Below are positions 45,519 to 54,421 of a stretch of DNA of 64,000 nucleotides, in pieces. The notes beneath the pieces were generated by a model that was not told the origin of the DNA, ran no database searches, and saw only the letters and a program-made list of their open reading frames with translations. Location: positions 1,588 through 65,587 of the forward strand of contig JAGBTC010000317.1 of NCBI GenBank assembly GCA_017631545.1, given 5' to 3'. Numbering within the stretch: the first letter of the stretch is position 1; each line of letters begins with the position of its first letter. Origin of the DNA: Oscillospiraceae bacterium (GTDB taxonomy: Bacteria > Bacillota > Clostridia > Oscillospirales > Oscillospiraceae). A program made the translations under genes and the position numbers.

Positions 45519-46835
45519 TTAAATCCCCTTGAGGTAAATCTCCGCGCTGGCGCTGTATTCCCCGTAACTGGCCGTCACCGTCAGCGGCGTTGTGCTGCCG
45601 CCCCAACAGGTGATTTTCACGGAATTTCCTTCGATTTCCGCCGTATATGCCGCCGGATTCGCCCCGGAAACCGTGTATTCCACCGGAATGCCGGTCATTT
45701 CCCCGTCTTCCATGTATTCCGCTTCCAGCGTAACGCTCTGATACATGCGGAGCTGAACGGGAACGTCCTGCAAAAACACCACCTGTCCGCCGCTCTGAGC
45801 GCCCGCCACTTCCACGATGTAGGTTGACATAATGTTCTCATTCTGTGCCAGCCGACAGGTGATTTCCGCCGTTCCCTCGGCGTTGGCGGTCACGTTTCCC
45901 GCCTCGTCCACGCTGACCACGCTCTCGTCGCTGCTTTCCCACAGGTAAGTGATTGGATATTCCTCGGAATTTTCGACGATCTGGCCCTTCCTGCGGCTTG
46001 TAGGGGCTATTGCCCCCGTGCTGCCCACGGTCATGGTCGGCGTCCCGGACAGTTCGATTTCCCAGGTGAAGGTCAGCCCCTCGGCCACCCGGTTCACCAT
46101 GTCGTCGATCTCGTCGTTGGGTTCTTCGTACCGCGCCGTGAAGCGAATGAGCCTCGTGGAGTCGAAATCCCCCGTGAATTCCTCAAAAAAGTCCGTAAAT
46201 CCGGTGATCCGGTAGGCTCCGGAGCCGAAAATCATGCGGGAATTGGTCCCAAGCTGCTGTGTCCATCGGTTTGAAGCGCAGGTGATGTTGAAGTAACCCT
46301 TGGTAATGTTGTCCCACTGCTGGCTGTCGTCGGAGTTGGCGCTGGCCCGGTCCGTCTCCACCACGAAGGGTTCCTGAAGCACGTTGCCGTAGTAGTCCAG
46401 GTGGTTCCAGGTCACCCGGCAGCGCCTTACGATGCCCCCGCCGTCCCCGTTGGAGATGTCCTGGGGGTTAATCATCAGCCAAACGGCCCCCATCGCCCGG
46501 AATTTCGTGCCTTGGGGGATATACGGAAGCGCCGGTTCCTCCAGCATCAGGTGCTTGTAGTCGTCAAACTCCCTTTGGATGGCGGAGCTGGGGCGTACCA
46601 CTTCCGCCAGCCGGAACTTGCACTTTACCCACTCGTCTTCGTCAGGACCGTAGAACCCAAGGGCTTCCCCCTTGAAGAAATCCGAGGCGTATTTCAGGTA
46701 TTTCTTCTTGAATCGGTCGGTTTCCGCCATGTAATACTGGTTTTCCCGGCTGGAATACTGCGCAGGCACGTTCCAAGCCGGGTCGGATACCGTCCCGCCG
46801 AAGCTCAAAAGCCCATTTTTGATTATCTTGTCCAT
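45519..46835 (-). CDS. Head-tail connector/closure protein with Big_2 Ig domain
   Basis: WESSDESVVSVD..G.VTA..EGTA.IT. Confidence 0.8.
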   Translation of the reverse strand: MDKIIKNGLLSFGGTVSDPAWNVPAQYSSRENQYYMAETDRFKKKYLKYASDFFKGEALGFYGPDEDEWVKCKFRLAEVVRPSSAIQREFDDYKHLMLEEPALPYIPQGTKFRAMGAVWLMINPQDISNGDGGGIVRRCRVTWNHLDYYGNVLQEPFVVETDRASANSDDSQQWDNITKGYFNITCASNRWTQQLGTNSRMIFGSGAYRITGFTDFFEEFTGDFDSTRLIRFTARYEEPNDEIDDMVNRVAEGLTFTWEIELSGTPTMTVGSTGAIAPTSRRKGQIVENSEEYPITYLWESSDESVVSVDEAGNVTANAEGTAEITCRLAQNENIMSTYIVEVAGAQSGGQVVFLQDVPVQLRMYQSVTLEAEYMEDGEMTGIPVEYTVSGANPAAYTAEIEGNSVKITCWGGSTTPLTVTASYGEYSASAEIYLKGI

Positions 46836-46840
46836 ATCTG

Positions 46841-46885
46841 CCTCCCCTTTAGGGGAGGGGGACCGGCGAAGCCGGTGGAGAGGTC
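46841..46885. repeat. REP-like palindrome copy 6
   Basis: Variant stem ACCGGC-GAA-GCCGGT. Confidence 0.85.
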
Positions 46886-46910
46886 GTGCTTCTCCCTTCG
46901 CCCCCGTCCC

Positions 46911-47606
46911 TTATGCCAGCACGATCCTCATTCCGTTGCTGCGCATCGTCTTGTAGGCGCAAAGCTGCTCGTACTTGTGCAGTTCGTCGTTGAAACTCTG
47001 GCGGTTTTCCCTCAGTCGGAGCGAAAGTTTGTCCATATAGTTGGCTTCGTTCACGGTGGAGAAGCTGGAATCGTGGATTTTTGGGCTTATGTTGAGCCAC
47101 GTCCGGCTGAAATCCTCGTCCCAAGCCACGCATACAGCCAAGCCAAACAGCCGCTTTTGGCTCAGGGTCAGGTCGTTGAAAGTACCGTCCGTGTAGAAGT
47201 CCAGCTCGTAATGGACGCCCGCCGAACCCTGCTGTGGGAAGGTGACGATGCCCGTCTCCGCGTCGTACACCGCCCCGGAATAGGGCGCGACGCTGGTTCC
47301 GTCCTCCCCGTAGACGACGCAGGACATGAGTTCATAGCCCAAAAGGCCAGTTTCCACCGAAGTTTCCCCGCTCAGGCTTTCTTCCGTGCTTTCCCACGAG
47401 AAGTCGTCATACTGCGGCGTCACCATGTCCTTTTCCAGATAGTCCAGCAGTTCCGGCGGGCTGTTAAGAAGGGGGAGCGCAAACAGCACGCTGTCGCTCT
47501 TGGCCCTATAGAATTGTGCCGGACTGACGGTGATCTGCTCCCGCCACCGTTCGTCGTCCAGCGCCTGCATAGCCGCATTTATGATTTCGCTCCAGCCCGT
47601 AGCCAT
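46911..47606 (-). CDS. Head-tail adaptor-like protein
   Basis: Position after capsid genes. Confidence 0.7.
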   Translation of the reverse strand: MATGWSEIINAAMQALDDERWREQITVSPAQFYRAKSDSVLFALPLLNSPPELLDYLEKDMVTPQYDDFSWESTEESLSGETSVETGLLGYELMSCVVYGEDGTSVAPYSGAVYDAETGIVTFPQQGSAGVHYELDFYTDGTFNDLTLSQKRLFGLAVCVAWDEDFSRTWLNISPKIHDSSFSTVNEANYMDKLSLRLRENRQSFNDELHKYEQLCAYKTMRSNGMRIVLA

Positions 47607-47740
47607 CTGCGCAACCCCCTTACGTCCTTATTTACCGGAATGGCGAGTATGCCCGTAAGCGGTCATACCCGCAAGATTCCGGTAAAACGTCCTCTCCAAA
47701 TCGCACCCGCTTTGCTGGGCTGCGCTTTGGCTTATTATCT

Positions 47741-48463
47741 TCAGACCTGTTCCGCGTTCATGCCCTCGATGATGGCGCTAAAAGCGTTGTTTTTCATCCC
47801 GGCGTCTTTCGCCATCCGGTTCAGTTCCGCCACGGTGTCCCGGTGGATATGGGGATTCTTCTCCATCCACCCCTCGTAGAACCGCTTCGCCACCATTTCC
47901 TTGTGCCCCTCGCAAAGAGCCGGGAAGATTTCCAGGATTTTGTCACCCAGCTCGATCATCTTGGCAAAGGCTTTCCTGTCCAGCAGTTCGCCCTCGTTGT
48001 AGTTCACTCCCAGGGCTTCCCGCTCGTCCTCGCTGAGACCGTCCACCACGATCAGCCAGCGCCGGTCGAGGCACATCCGGGTGATGTTGTCCAGAATCCT
48101 GCTCAGGTCGTTCTTCGGCACGAAGAACTCACCCGTCTTGCCGATGATGCGCCCATACATACCGCCGGGGCCGAAGTCCTGCACGTTGTCGTCCGCCACG
48201 GGTGCCTGCCACAGAAAGTGGACCTGCTCCGTGCTGGCCGTCACCTGGACGACCTGGGGTTTCTGCGCCGCAGTCATGGCTTCCTTGAAGGATTCCATCT
48301 GCTTCGCCATCTCTTCCTTCATGGCTTCGATCTGCGCTTTCAGCAGCGCAACCTCGTCCGTTTCTTCGGCAGGCGCTTCTGCGGTCTGCACCGCTTCTGC
48401 GACTTCTTCCGTCTTCACAGCCGCGCTCTTGCGCGTCCGCGTCTTCTTCACTTCTTCTGCCAT
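47741..48463 (-). CDS. Protein downstream of major capsid gene
   Basis: AAGGA SD before MAEEVKK at 48463. Confidence 0.8.
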   Translation of the reverse strand: MAEEVKKTRTRKSAAVKTEEVAEAVQTAEAPAEETDEVALLKAQIEAMKEEMAKQMESFKEAMTAAQKPQVVQVTASTEQVHFLWQAPVADDNVQDFGPGGMYGRIIGKTGEFFVPKNDLSRILDNITRMCLDRRWLIVVDGLSEDEREALGVNYNEGELLDRKAFAKMIELGDKILEIFPALCEGHKEMVAKRFYEGWMEKNPHIHRDTVAELNRMAKDAGMKNNAFSAIIEGMNAEQV

Positions 48464-48573
48464 CGTCTCAATTTCCTTTCTTTTTGATGGTTTGCCGTCC
48501 GCCGGTGCCGCCCCGGCGCGTGTCACTGGATACGGCATGACGGGGCGGGAGATTTCCCGCCCCGCAGAAAGGC

Positions 48574-49788
48574 TTAGATGTTGACGAGGCCGACCTTGGA
48601 GGCGAAGACAGCAACGCTGTCCAGCGCGGTCGTCAGGTTCAGCTTGACCATGAAATCGGGGTTCTTCATGGCGTCGATCTCGATGGTGATGGGGGTGTAG
48701 CTGTTGTAGGCGATGGTCATGGGCTTGTAGCCGCTGGAGGACAGCATCCAGATCTTGTCCGTGGGAAGGATGGTGCTGACCGTGCTGTACTGGGTGCCGG
48801 GGATCACGGCGTCCACCAGGGGCATCAGCCGGACGCTCATGTATTCGCCGAGATATCCGGCGTTCACATAGTCGCGGCCCAGCAGGGTGGCGATGGCGGC
48901 GTCCATGTTCACGTTGGTGGTGCCGGTGGTCTGCGTGGGCAGCACCTTGGACAGAGCCACAGCGCCGCCGTAGGCGATCAGGTTGCGGATGCCGGTGCTG
49001 TTCAGGGCAGCCAGCTTGTTCGCCAGCGTGACCCAGTTCAGGGAGCTGAAGTTGTAGATCAGCCCGCTGGGGATCAGGGCGGTGTTGCTGGCGGCGGCGG
49101 TCATGGCCGCGTTCCACAGGCCCATAGTCTTGGCATACATACCGGCGACGAGGTTCGCCATGTACTTGCCCCAGTCGGTGTTGTTGCCGACCATCTGGTG
49201 CCATTTGATCGAGATTTCTGCGGTGCGGGGAGAGGGGTTCAGGGTCACGGTCTTCTCGTAGAACCGATTCTCAGGAACGCTGCGGCTCGCGCCCCAGGCG
49301 GAATCCTGGAACACGGGGATGTCACCGGAGCTGATGGTGATAGCGGCGGTCTCGGCGAAGCCTACTTCCACCACGTCGGCGAAGACGCTGACGGCCTCGC
49401 TGTAGACGCGGGGCAGGATGGGGGTGAGGATGTCTTCGTAGATGCCCTGCAGCACAGCGTAGAACGCGCTGTTGCCGTAGAACTCCTGGCCGCGCTTGGC
49501 AAACTCCTCGAAAGATTCGGGGGCTTTCTTGCCGGTGTTGGCGCAGCACTTCTTGGCGGCGTAGAGCAGATGATCCTTGCCGAAACGCTCGTTCAGTTCC
49601 TTGTACTGCTTGTCGTCCAGGTGGGCGGTGGCGGCAGGCTCGGCGCTGTTGAGCGCCTTATGCACGGCGTCCTGACCCTTCCGGGCGTATTCGTAGGTCA
49701 GCAGCGCACCGGCGGCGATGATGTTGGAACGGTCGTCGTTGCCGGAGAAGACGCTGTTGGGAGTGCTGTTGAGAGTGATCCTAGCCAT
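48574..49788 (-). CDS. Major capsid protein
   Basis: 404 aa, strong codon bias, AGGAGG SD, position after protease/decoration. Confidence 0.85.
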   Translation of the reverse strand: MARITLNSTPNSVFSGNDDRSNIIAAGALLTYEYARKGQDAVHKALNSAEPAATAHLDDKQYKELNERFGKDHLLYAAKKCCANTGKKAPESFEEFAKRGQEFYGNSAFYAVLQGIYEDILTPILPRVYSEAVSVFADVVEVGFAETAAITISSGDIPVFQDSAWGASRSVPENRFYEKTVTLNPSPRTAEISIKWHQMVGNNTDWGKYMANLVAGMYAKTMGLWNAAMTAAASNTALIPSGLIYNFSSLNWVTLANKLAALNSTGIRNLIAYGGAVALSKVLPTQTTGTTNVNMDAAIATLLGRDYVNAGYLGEYMSVRLMPLVDAVIPGTQYSTVSTILPTDKIWMLSSSGYKPMTIAYNSYTPITIEIDAMKNPDFMVKLNLTTALDSVAVFASKVGLVNI

Positions 49789-49811
49789 TGTTGTCTTCCT
49801 CCTTCCTTCTA

Positions 49812-50405
49812 TCAGGGCGCGTAGATGGAGACCTTCTTCGCCACCACGTCGTAGTAGCCGAAGGACTCGCCGTTGCCCTCGATGAACTTGCCGGTGCCGC
49901 GCAGCTCGAAGTAGATGCTGCCGTCGTCATCAGGGGCGGCGGCGGCGCTGGTGAGCTTGCCGGAAGCGATGGTGAAATAGGTGTCGTCGCTGGTGTTCAG
50001 GGTCACGTTGCCCTCGCCGAAGCGGTACACGGATTCGCCATCGAAGTTGATGCGGGTAAACGTGCAGTACCGTCAGGCATGAGCGCCCAGACCCAGGGTG
50101 CGAACACCGATGAAGTAGTTGTTCCCGTCCGGAGAGGGGATCAGCTGATTGTCATAGGTGTTGCAGGCGTAGATCACGTCGTCGGCGGTGGCGGTGTTGG
50201 CCGCAGCCACCATCTTCCAGGTGTTCTCGTTCTTGACGCCGGTGAAGCCCTCGCAGTCCAGCAGGCTGTCCCGGACGCAGAGCTGGCCCGCGTCGCAGTC
50301 GGTGGGGGTGGTGCTCACGAAATACTTACCGGCGATGTTCGCCAGCCGGTCGTTCTCGTTGTTGGTGATCCGCGCTTCAAACGCGGTCTTGGCGGTGAAG
50401 CTCAT
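49812..50405 (-). CDS. Capsid decoration-like protein interrupted by in-frame TGA (50073-50075)
   Basis: Frame continues LGLGAHA*RYCTFTRINFDG to stop at 49812. Confidence 0.7.
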
Positions 50406-50419
50406 TACTGCTTTCCTCC

Positions 50420-51799
50420 TTACTCAATGTTCAGCCCGCGAAGCAGAGCGCCCACGGTGCCGTCGTCGCCCTTGGGGGCCGTGATGCCGTCCCAGGCGAA
50501 CTGGTTGTTTTTCTTCTCGGCGTTCTTGGCGCGGAACTCCATGTCCTTCTGAGCGCAGATGGACATGACGCGCTGGCAGACTTTCTCCTCGCCGCAGAAG
50601 TTGCCGTCCTTGTCTGCGCACTCGGTATAGTCGCCGCCGTCGATCTCCGCCATGACGCAGGAGATGTCTTCCTCGCAGACCTTTTCCTCGGCGCTGCGGT
50701 CGGCATTGAACTTATCCAGCGCGGACTTGGCGGCTTCCTTCATGGCCTTGACCCGCCGGGTGTTTTCCTTCTCGGTCATGGCCTTGATGGTGGCCTGCGC
50801 GTCGTCGCGCTCTTTCTGAGCCTTGGAAAGTTCATCCGAGAGGGTTTCGACGCGGGTGCTCAGCGCCGCGAAGTAGTCCTCCGCGTTCATGGCGAAGTCC
50901 TCGCCGATGCTCACGGTGCAGGGAACGGGTACGATCCGCTCCGGGGCAATGGTCTCGTCCATGCTCGCCAGCCGATAGCTGAAGGATTCGTAGCTGTCGT
51001 TGCGCATGGTGACGAGGATGCTCTTGTCCTCCTCGTTCTCCTTCGCCTGGAGCAGCACATACCCCGCAAACCGCTCGTTCAGCTTGGCGAGCTGCTTCTT
51101 ATTGAGAGTCAATTTTTTCTCAACTCCTTTGTTATTTTTCGGGGGTTCATGGTCTTCCGCCTTGGGCGGCGTCCCCTCGCCCCCCTCGGTGTTCGGATGG
51201 TAGGAAGCGACTTTCAGTTTCAGACTGTTCCACTTTTCACTGTTCATCGCCTTGAGTGCCTGGATGCTCGCCCCCGGTATCGCCGGTGCCACCGTTTCGT
51301 GCAGGATCGTCACACCAAGACCCCGCCACGCCGTAAACACGCTGATTCCGCTTTCTTCGTGTTCCTCGGTGACTTCGGTTTCCGCGCTGACCTCCATGCG
51401 GCCCTGTTCCGCCAGGTGGTCGCACAACTGCCGGTTATAAAAACGCCACAGTTTCCCGTTGGCGATAATCCACGTTCCGTCTTCCCCGGTCTCCGTCCAT
51501 ACGTCGTTCTCACCCTCGCCGATAGCGCCGACGATGCGCTCCGCGTTGGGGCCGGTGAAGTCGCAGATGATTTCCCCGTTCCAAAGCGCCTCGTCAAAGT
51601 TATGACCGTCTCCGATCCGGTTCCCCGGATAGGCGCAGAGGATGGGGGTTCCCTTGAAGGTTTCCGCAAACTGCTCGATATTGCGGTAGTCCCAGTCGTT
51701 GCGGTTGAGACCGCTCCGCATGACGCGGAGCCGCACGTTGTAGTTGAGGTCGCTGTCCCTGTCCAGAACTTCCAGCAGACCGTAGACAGGTTCGCTCAT
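50420..51799 (-). CDS. Prohead protease/scaffold protein
   Basis: NRN...TPIL...DGH...G.LW...VSAE plus C-terminal coiled coil. Confidence 0.85.
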   Translation of the reverse strand: MSEPVYGLLEVLDRDSDLNYNVRLRVMRSGLNRNDWDYRNIEQFAETFKGTPILCAYPGNRIGDGHNFDEALWNGEIICDFTGPNAERIVGAIGEGENDVWTETGEDGTWIIANGKLWRFYNRQLCDHLAEQGRMEVSAETEVTEEHEESGISVFTAWRGLGVTILHETVAPAIPGASIQALKAMNSEKWNSLKLKVASYHPNTEGGEGTPPKAEDHEPPKNNKGVEKKLTLNKKQLAKLNERFAGYVLLQAKENEEDKSILVTMRNDSYESFSYRLASMDETIAPERIVPVPCTVSIGEDFAMNAEDYFAALSTRVETLSDELSKAQKERDDAQATIKAMTEKENTRRVKAMKEAAKSALDKFNADRSAEEKVCEEDISCVMAEIDGGDYTECADKDGNFCGEEKVCQRVMSICAQKDMEFRAKNAEKKNNQFAWDGITAPKGDDGTVGALLRGLNIE

Positions 51800-51870
51800 A
51801 CTGCATTCCTCCTTGTTGGTTTACCGTTATGCGATAATATGTAAACCCATTAAAACAAAATTCGTCGGGT

Positions 51871-52074
51871 TTACACGAAATCGTCTGGTTCGATCTTCTC
51901 CACGTCAATGACTTCGTACTTCTTTTCTCCGTTGAAGCGAAGCTTCATAGCCCGTTCCGCCTTGGTCTTTGCCATCTCGTCGCTCTCCGCCTGCACCCGG
52001 AACTGATACTTTCCGTCGCCGATTTTTGCGTGAACGACGTAAAGGCGTTCCACTACGTTATGTTTGATGTTCAC
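51871..52074 (-). CDS. Small hypothetical protein
   Basis: GTGA coupling with upstream holin. Confidence 0.65.
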   Translation of the reverse strand: MNIKHNVVERLYVVHAKIGDGKYQFRVQAESDEMAKTKAERAMKLRFNGEKKYEVIDVEKIEPDDFV

Positions 52075-52310
52075 TGCGCCTTACCTTCTTTCAGTCGCTC
52101 AAGGATGATGTTCCATGCCGCGCAGATGGCGGCTGCAAGGGCAGCGGACACCACCGGGGAAAGCACGGCCCACAGAGCGCTCCAGCTCTCCGGCCAGCCG
52201 CCTTTCAGAATGACGACAATCTCAGGCACAAGAACGCCTCCGAATGCCTGCGCCGCCGTTTTCAAAGCCCTGATAACCCAGTCAGGCTGTTTCTTCAGCC
52301 ATTCTTTCAT
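52071..52310 (-). CDS. r1t-like holin
   Basis: RALKTAAQA, two TM segments; GGAGG SD. Confidence 0.7.
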   Translation of the reverse strand: MKEWLKKQPDWVIRALKTAAQAFGGVLVPEIVVILKGGWPESWSALWAVLSPVVSAALAAAICAAWNIILERLKEGKAQ

Positions 52311-52328
52311 TGTCTGTTCCTCCGTTTC

Positions 52329-54056
52329 TTATCCGATGGAATCCACGTCGTTTTCCTGCCCGTCGCTGGTCACGCCCTCCGCCTCCGGTCTCCCACCTGG
52401 ATTCATGTCGTGGGCTGCCTGCGGGGGGAGCTGGCTTTCAGACTGCTTCGCAGAATACGAACTCACAAGAGGAATCCTCTTATCCAGCACACCGCTCTTC
52501 GCCACCATATCGCTCCAGCAGATGTCATCCAGCAGGCTGCGGTCATGGAGCGCGTTGTACTGGATGGCAGCGGGAAGGATGCCGAGCGTCATGTCATTGC
52601 GGAGCTGCTTTTCAAGCTGGTTGTCCATATAGAGGTCGCCGAACATATGGAACTCGAATTCGTGTTTCAGCCGCAGATCCGCAATGGCGCAGGCCATCAG
52701 GCGCTCCACTCCGGCATAGATGGGGGCGAGATACTTGCCCTCGATCTGGAAGGAGATCTGAGCGGCCCCCGCCCTTGCTTCGTCGGAAGCCGGGATCAGG
52801 CCGCTCAGACCGGCCTGCGTGATGATGTCGCTGTTGCCCTGGCTCACGATTTCCGAAGTGGACGATACTTCGTTGAAGGTCTCCAGCTTCATGTTCTCCG
52901 CCGGGGCGAAGTAAATGGGTACGCCGCCGGTGTTGTAGGCGGCCATGAGCTGATTCCACAGTTCCGTGAAAAGCATCAGCCCAGCGTGGCTCAGTTTGTA
53001 TTGGTCTGCGGTGTTGGTGTCCTTGCTCTCAAAGTAGGGGATCTCGCCGTGGACGAATCCCACGAGCGGGTTCTGGTAGAGCTGAAGCTGAAGCTGGGTA
53101 AGGTCGGCGAATTGCAGAAGCCCGATAAACAGACCGGCCATCGGAGGCGTCACTTCTGGCAGGGCTTCGTCTACCTCGATGGTTACCGCCTTGTCCACGG
53201 GCAGCGTCACCCAGTAATACCAGCGTCCGTTTTCCCGGATCACTTCCGCGTCCGGGTCGATAGCCCGCACCCGGCTCATGTCGATCCCGGTCCGTGCGGC
53301 GTACACTACCTTGCTTCCCTCCCGTCTCGGAGCGGGGGTCACGAGGCTGTTGAAGTCGTTCCAGTAATTGTCGAAAAGTCCCTCCGGGAATTGCCTCACG
53401 TCCGTACCGGGCTGGCAGAAATACATCATGTCAAAGGCAAGCGTGTACTTGCTGATGTTGTTTCTCCCGACAATCTTGATCCACTCAGAAGGAAGCTGCT
53501 GGTAAAAGGCGTGGTTGATGCGGTTGCGGCTCTTATCGGAGCTGACCCGGTAAGTCCAGAAAGTCTTGCCCTCCAGCATGGACTTTGACCCGGCTTCCCT
53601 CGCCAGTTCTGCGGGCTTCATGGCTTTGCGAAGTTTCTCCGCCAGCCGATACTCCCGCCAGAAGGAGTCTCCCATTTCTCCCGCTTCGGTCAGGCTGGGG
53701 GCAACGTAGTTGTGATAGGTCAGCAGGCTGGAATAAGTCCGCCGCATGTGGCGGTAGGTGTAATTGGTGTAGTCCAGACTGCGGGAGGCTTCGCGGAGTT
53801 CCGCTTCGTTGAGCTGTGGATGCCGGAGCATTTCCGCAACCTGATCTTTTGTAAAATTGATCGGGCTGGTGCCGATGCTCTCGAAGCGCCGGTTCATAAT
53901 CTGCGGGCTGGCATACATAGCCCCGCTGTAGCCGAACAGATTCACGAGACTCTGCACCGGTACGCCGTACTCGTCCGCCATGCTGCGTACCTTGTTGAAT
54001 ATCTCCGGGAAGGAGCCGTATTTTACTTTTTGCAGTTCTCTCAGGTCAGCGCCCAC
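52329..54056 (-). CDS. Portal protein
   Basis: 575 aa after terminase; C-terminal GGRP motif. Confidence 0.88.
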   Translation of the reverse strand: MGADLRELQKVKYGSFPEIFNKVRSMADEYGVPVQSLVNLFGYSGAMYASPQIMNRRFESIGTSPINFTKDQVAEMLRHPQLNEAELREASRSLDYTNYTYRHMRRTYSSLLTYHNYVAPSLTEAGEMGDSFWREYRLAEKLRKAMKPAELAREAGSKSMLEGKTFWTYRVSSDKSRNRINHAFYQQLPSEWIKIVGRNNISKYTLAFDMMYFCQPGTDVRQFPEGLFDNYWNDFNSLVTPAPRREGSKVVYAARTGIDMSRVRAIDPDAEVIRENGRWYYWVTLPVDKAVTIEVDEALPEVTPPMAGLFIGLLQFADLTQLQLQLYQNPLVGFVHGEIPYFESKDTNTADQYKLSHAGLMLFTELWNQLMAAYNTGGVPIYFAPAENMKLETFNEVSSTSEIVSQGNSDIITQAGLSGLIPASDEARAGAAQISFQIEGKYLAPIYAGVERLMACAIADLRLKHEFEFHMFGDLYMDNQLEKQLRNDMTLGILPAAIQYNALHDRSLLDDICWSDMVAKSGVLDKRIPLVSSYSAKQSESQLPPQAAHDMNPGGRPEAEGVTSDGQENDVDSIG

Positions 54057-54076
54057 GGTCCGTCCCTCCTTATCCC

Positions 54077-54421
54077 TTATTCTTTATCGGCTTCAGCCGC
54101 TTCCTGTGCGGATTCCTCCGCCAGCTCTTGCAGTATCGTTTCCAGCTTTTCTATCGACTCGGAAATCTTGCGGAGCATTTCCGGCTTCTGCCGCTCGATC
54201 TCTTCCTTGATAAGCGTGAGGTTACAGTTCCGCACCCAGCTTTCGTCGGCTTTCGTCAGCCGCACCGCGTCGTCTTCGGAGAGTTCCACGCTCTGCTTCG
54301 GCGGCTCTCCGTCGGTGTATACGAGGGTGTATTCCGGCGTCACTCGGCTGAACCGCTGCAGCCCCATACCGTCGATGGTCTCCGGCTTTGTGGGCATCGC
54401 ATAAAGGTGATAGCTGTTCAA
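54077..54421 (-). CDS. Hypothetical protein
   Basis: TTGA overlap with terminase stop, GAGG SD. Confidence 0.7.
   Translation of the reverse strand: MNSYHLYAMPTKPETIDGMGLQRFSRVTPEYTLVYTDGEPPKQSVELSEDDAVRLTKADESWVRNCNLTLIKEEIERQKPEMLRKISESIEKLETILQELAEESAQEAAEADKE

Noticed and set aside
47741-49204. 487-aa ORF overlapping the capsid gene (possible frameshift extension)
   Set aside because: The upstream part is low-complexity off-frame sequence; there is a good SD+ATG at 48463 and no clear slippery site at the capsid 3' end
49812-50405. Genome-wide TGA reassignment or selenocysteine
   Set aside because: TGA is clearly used as stop in many coupled ATGA/TGATG junctions; only one in-frame case; no SECIS-like context or Sec machinery seen
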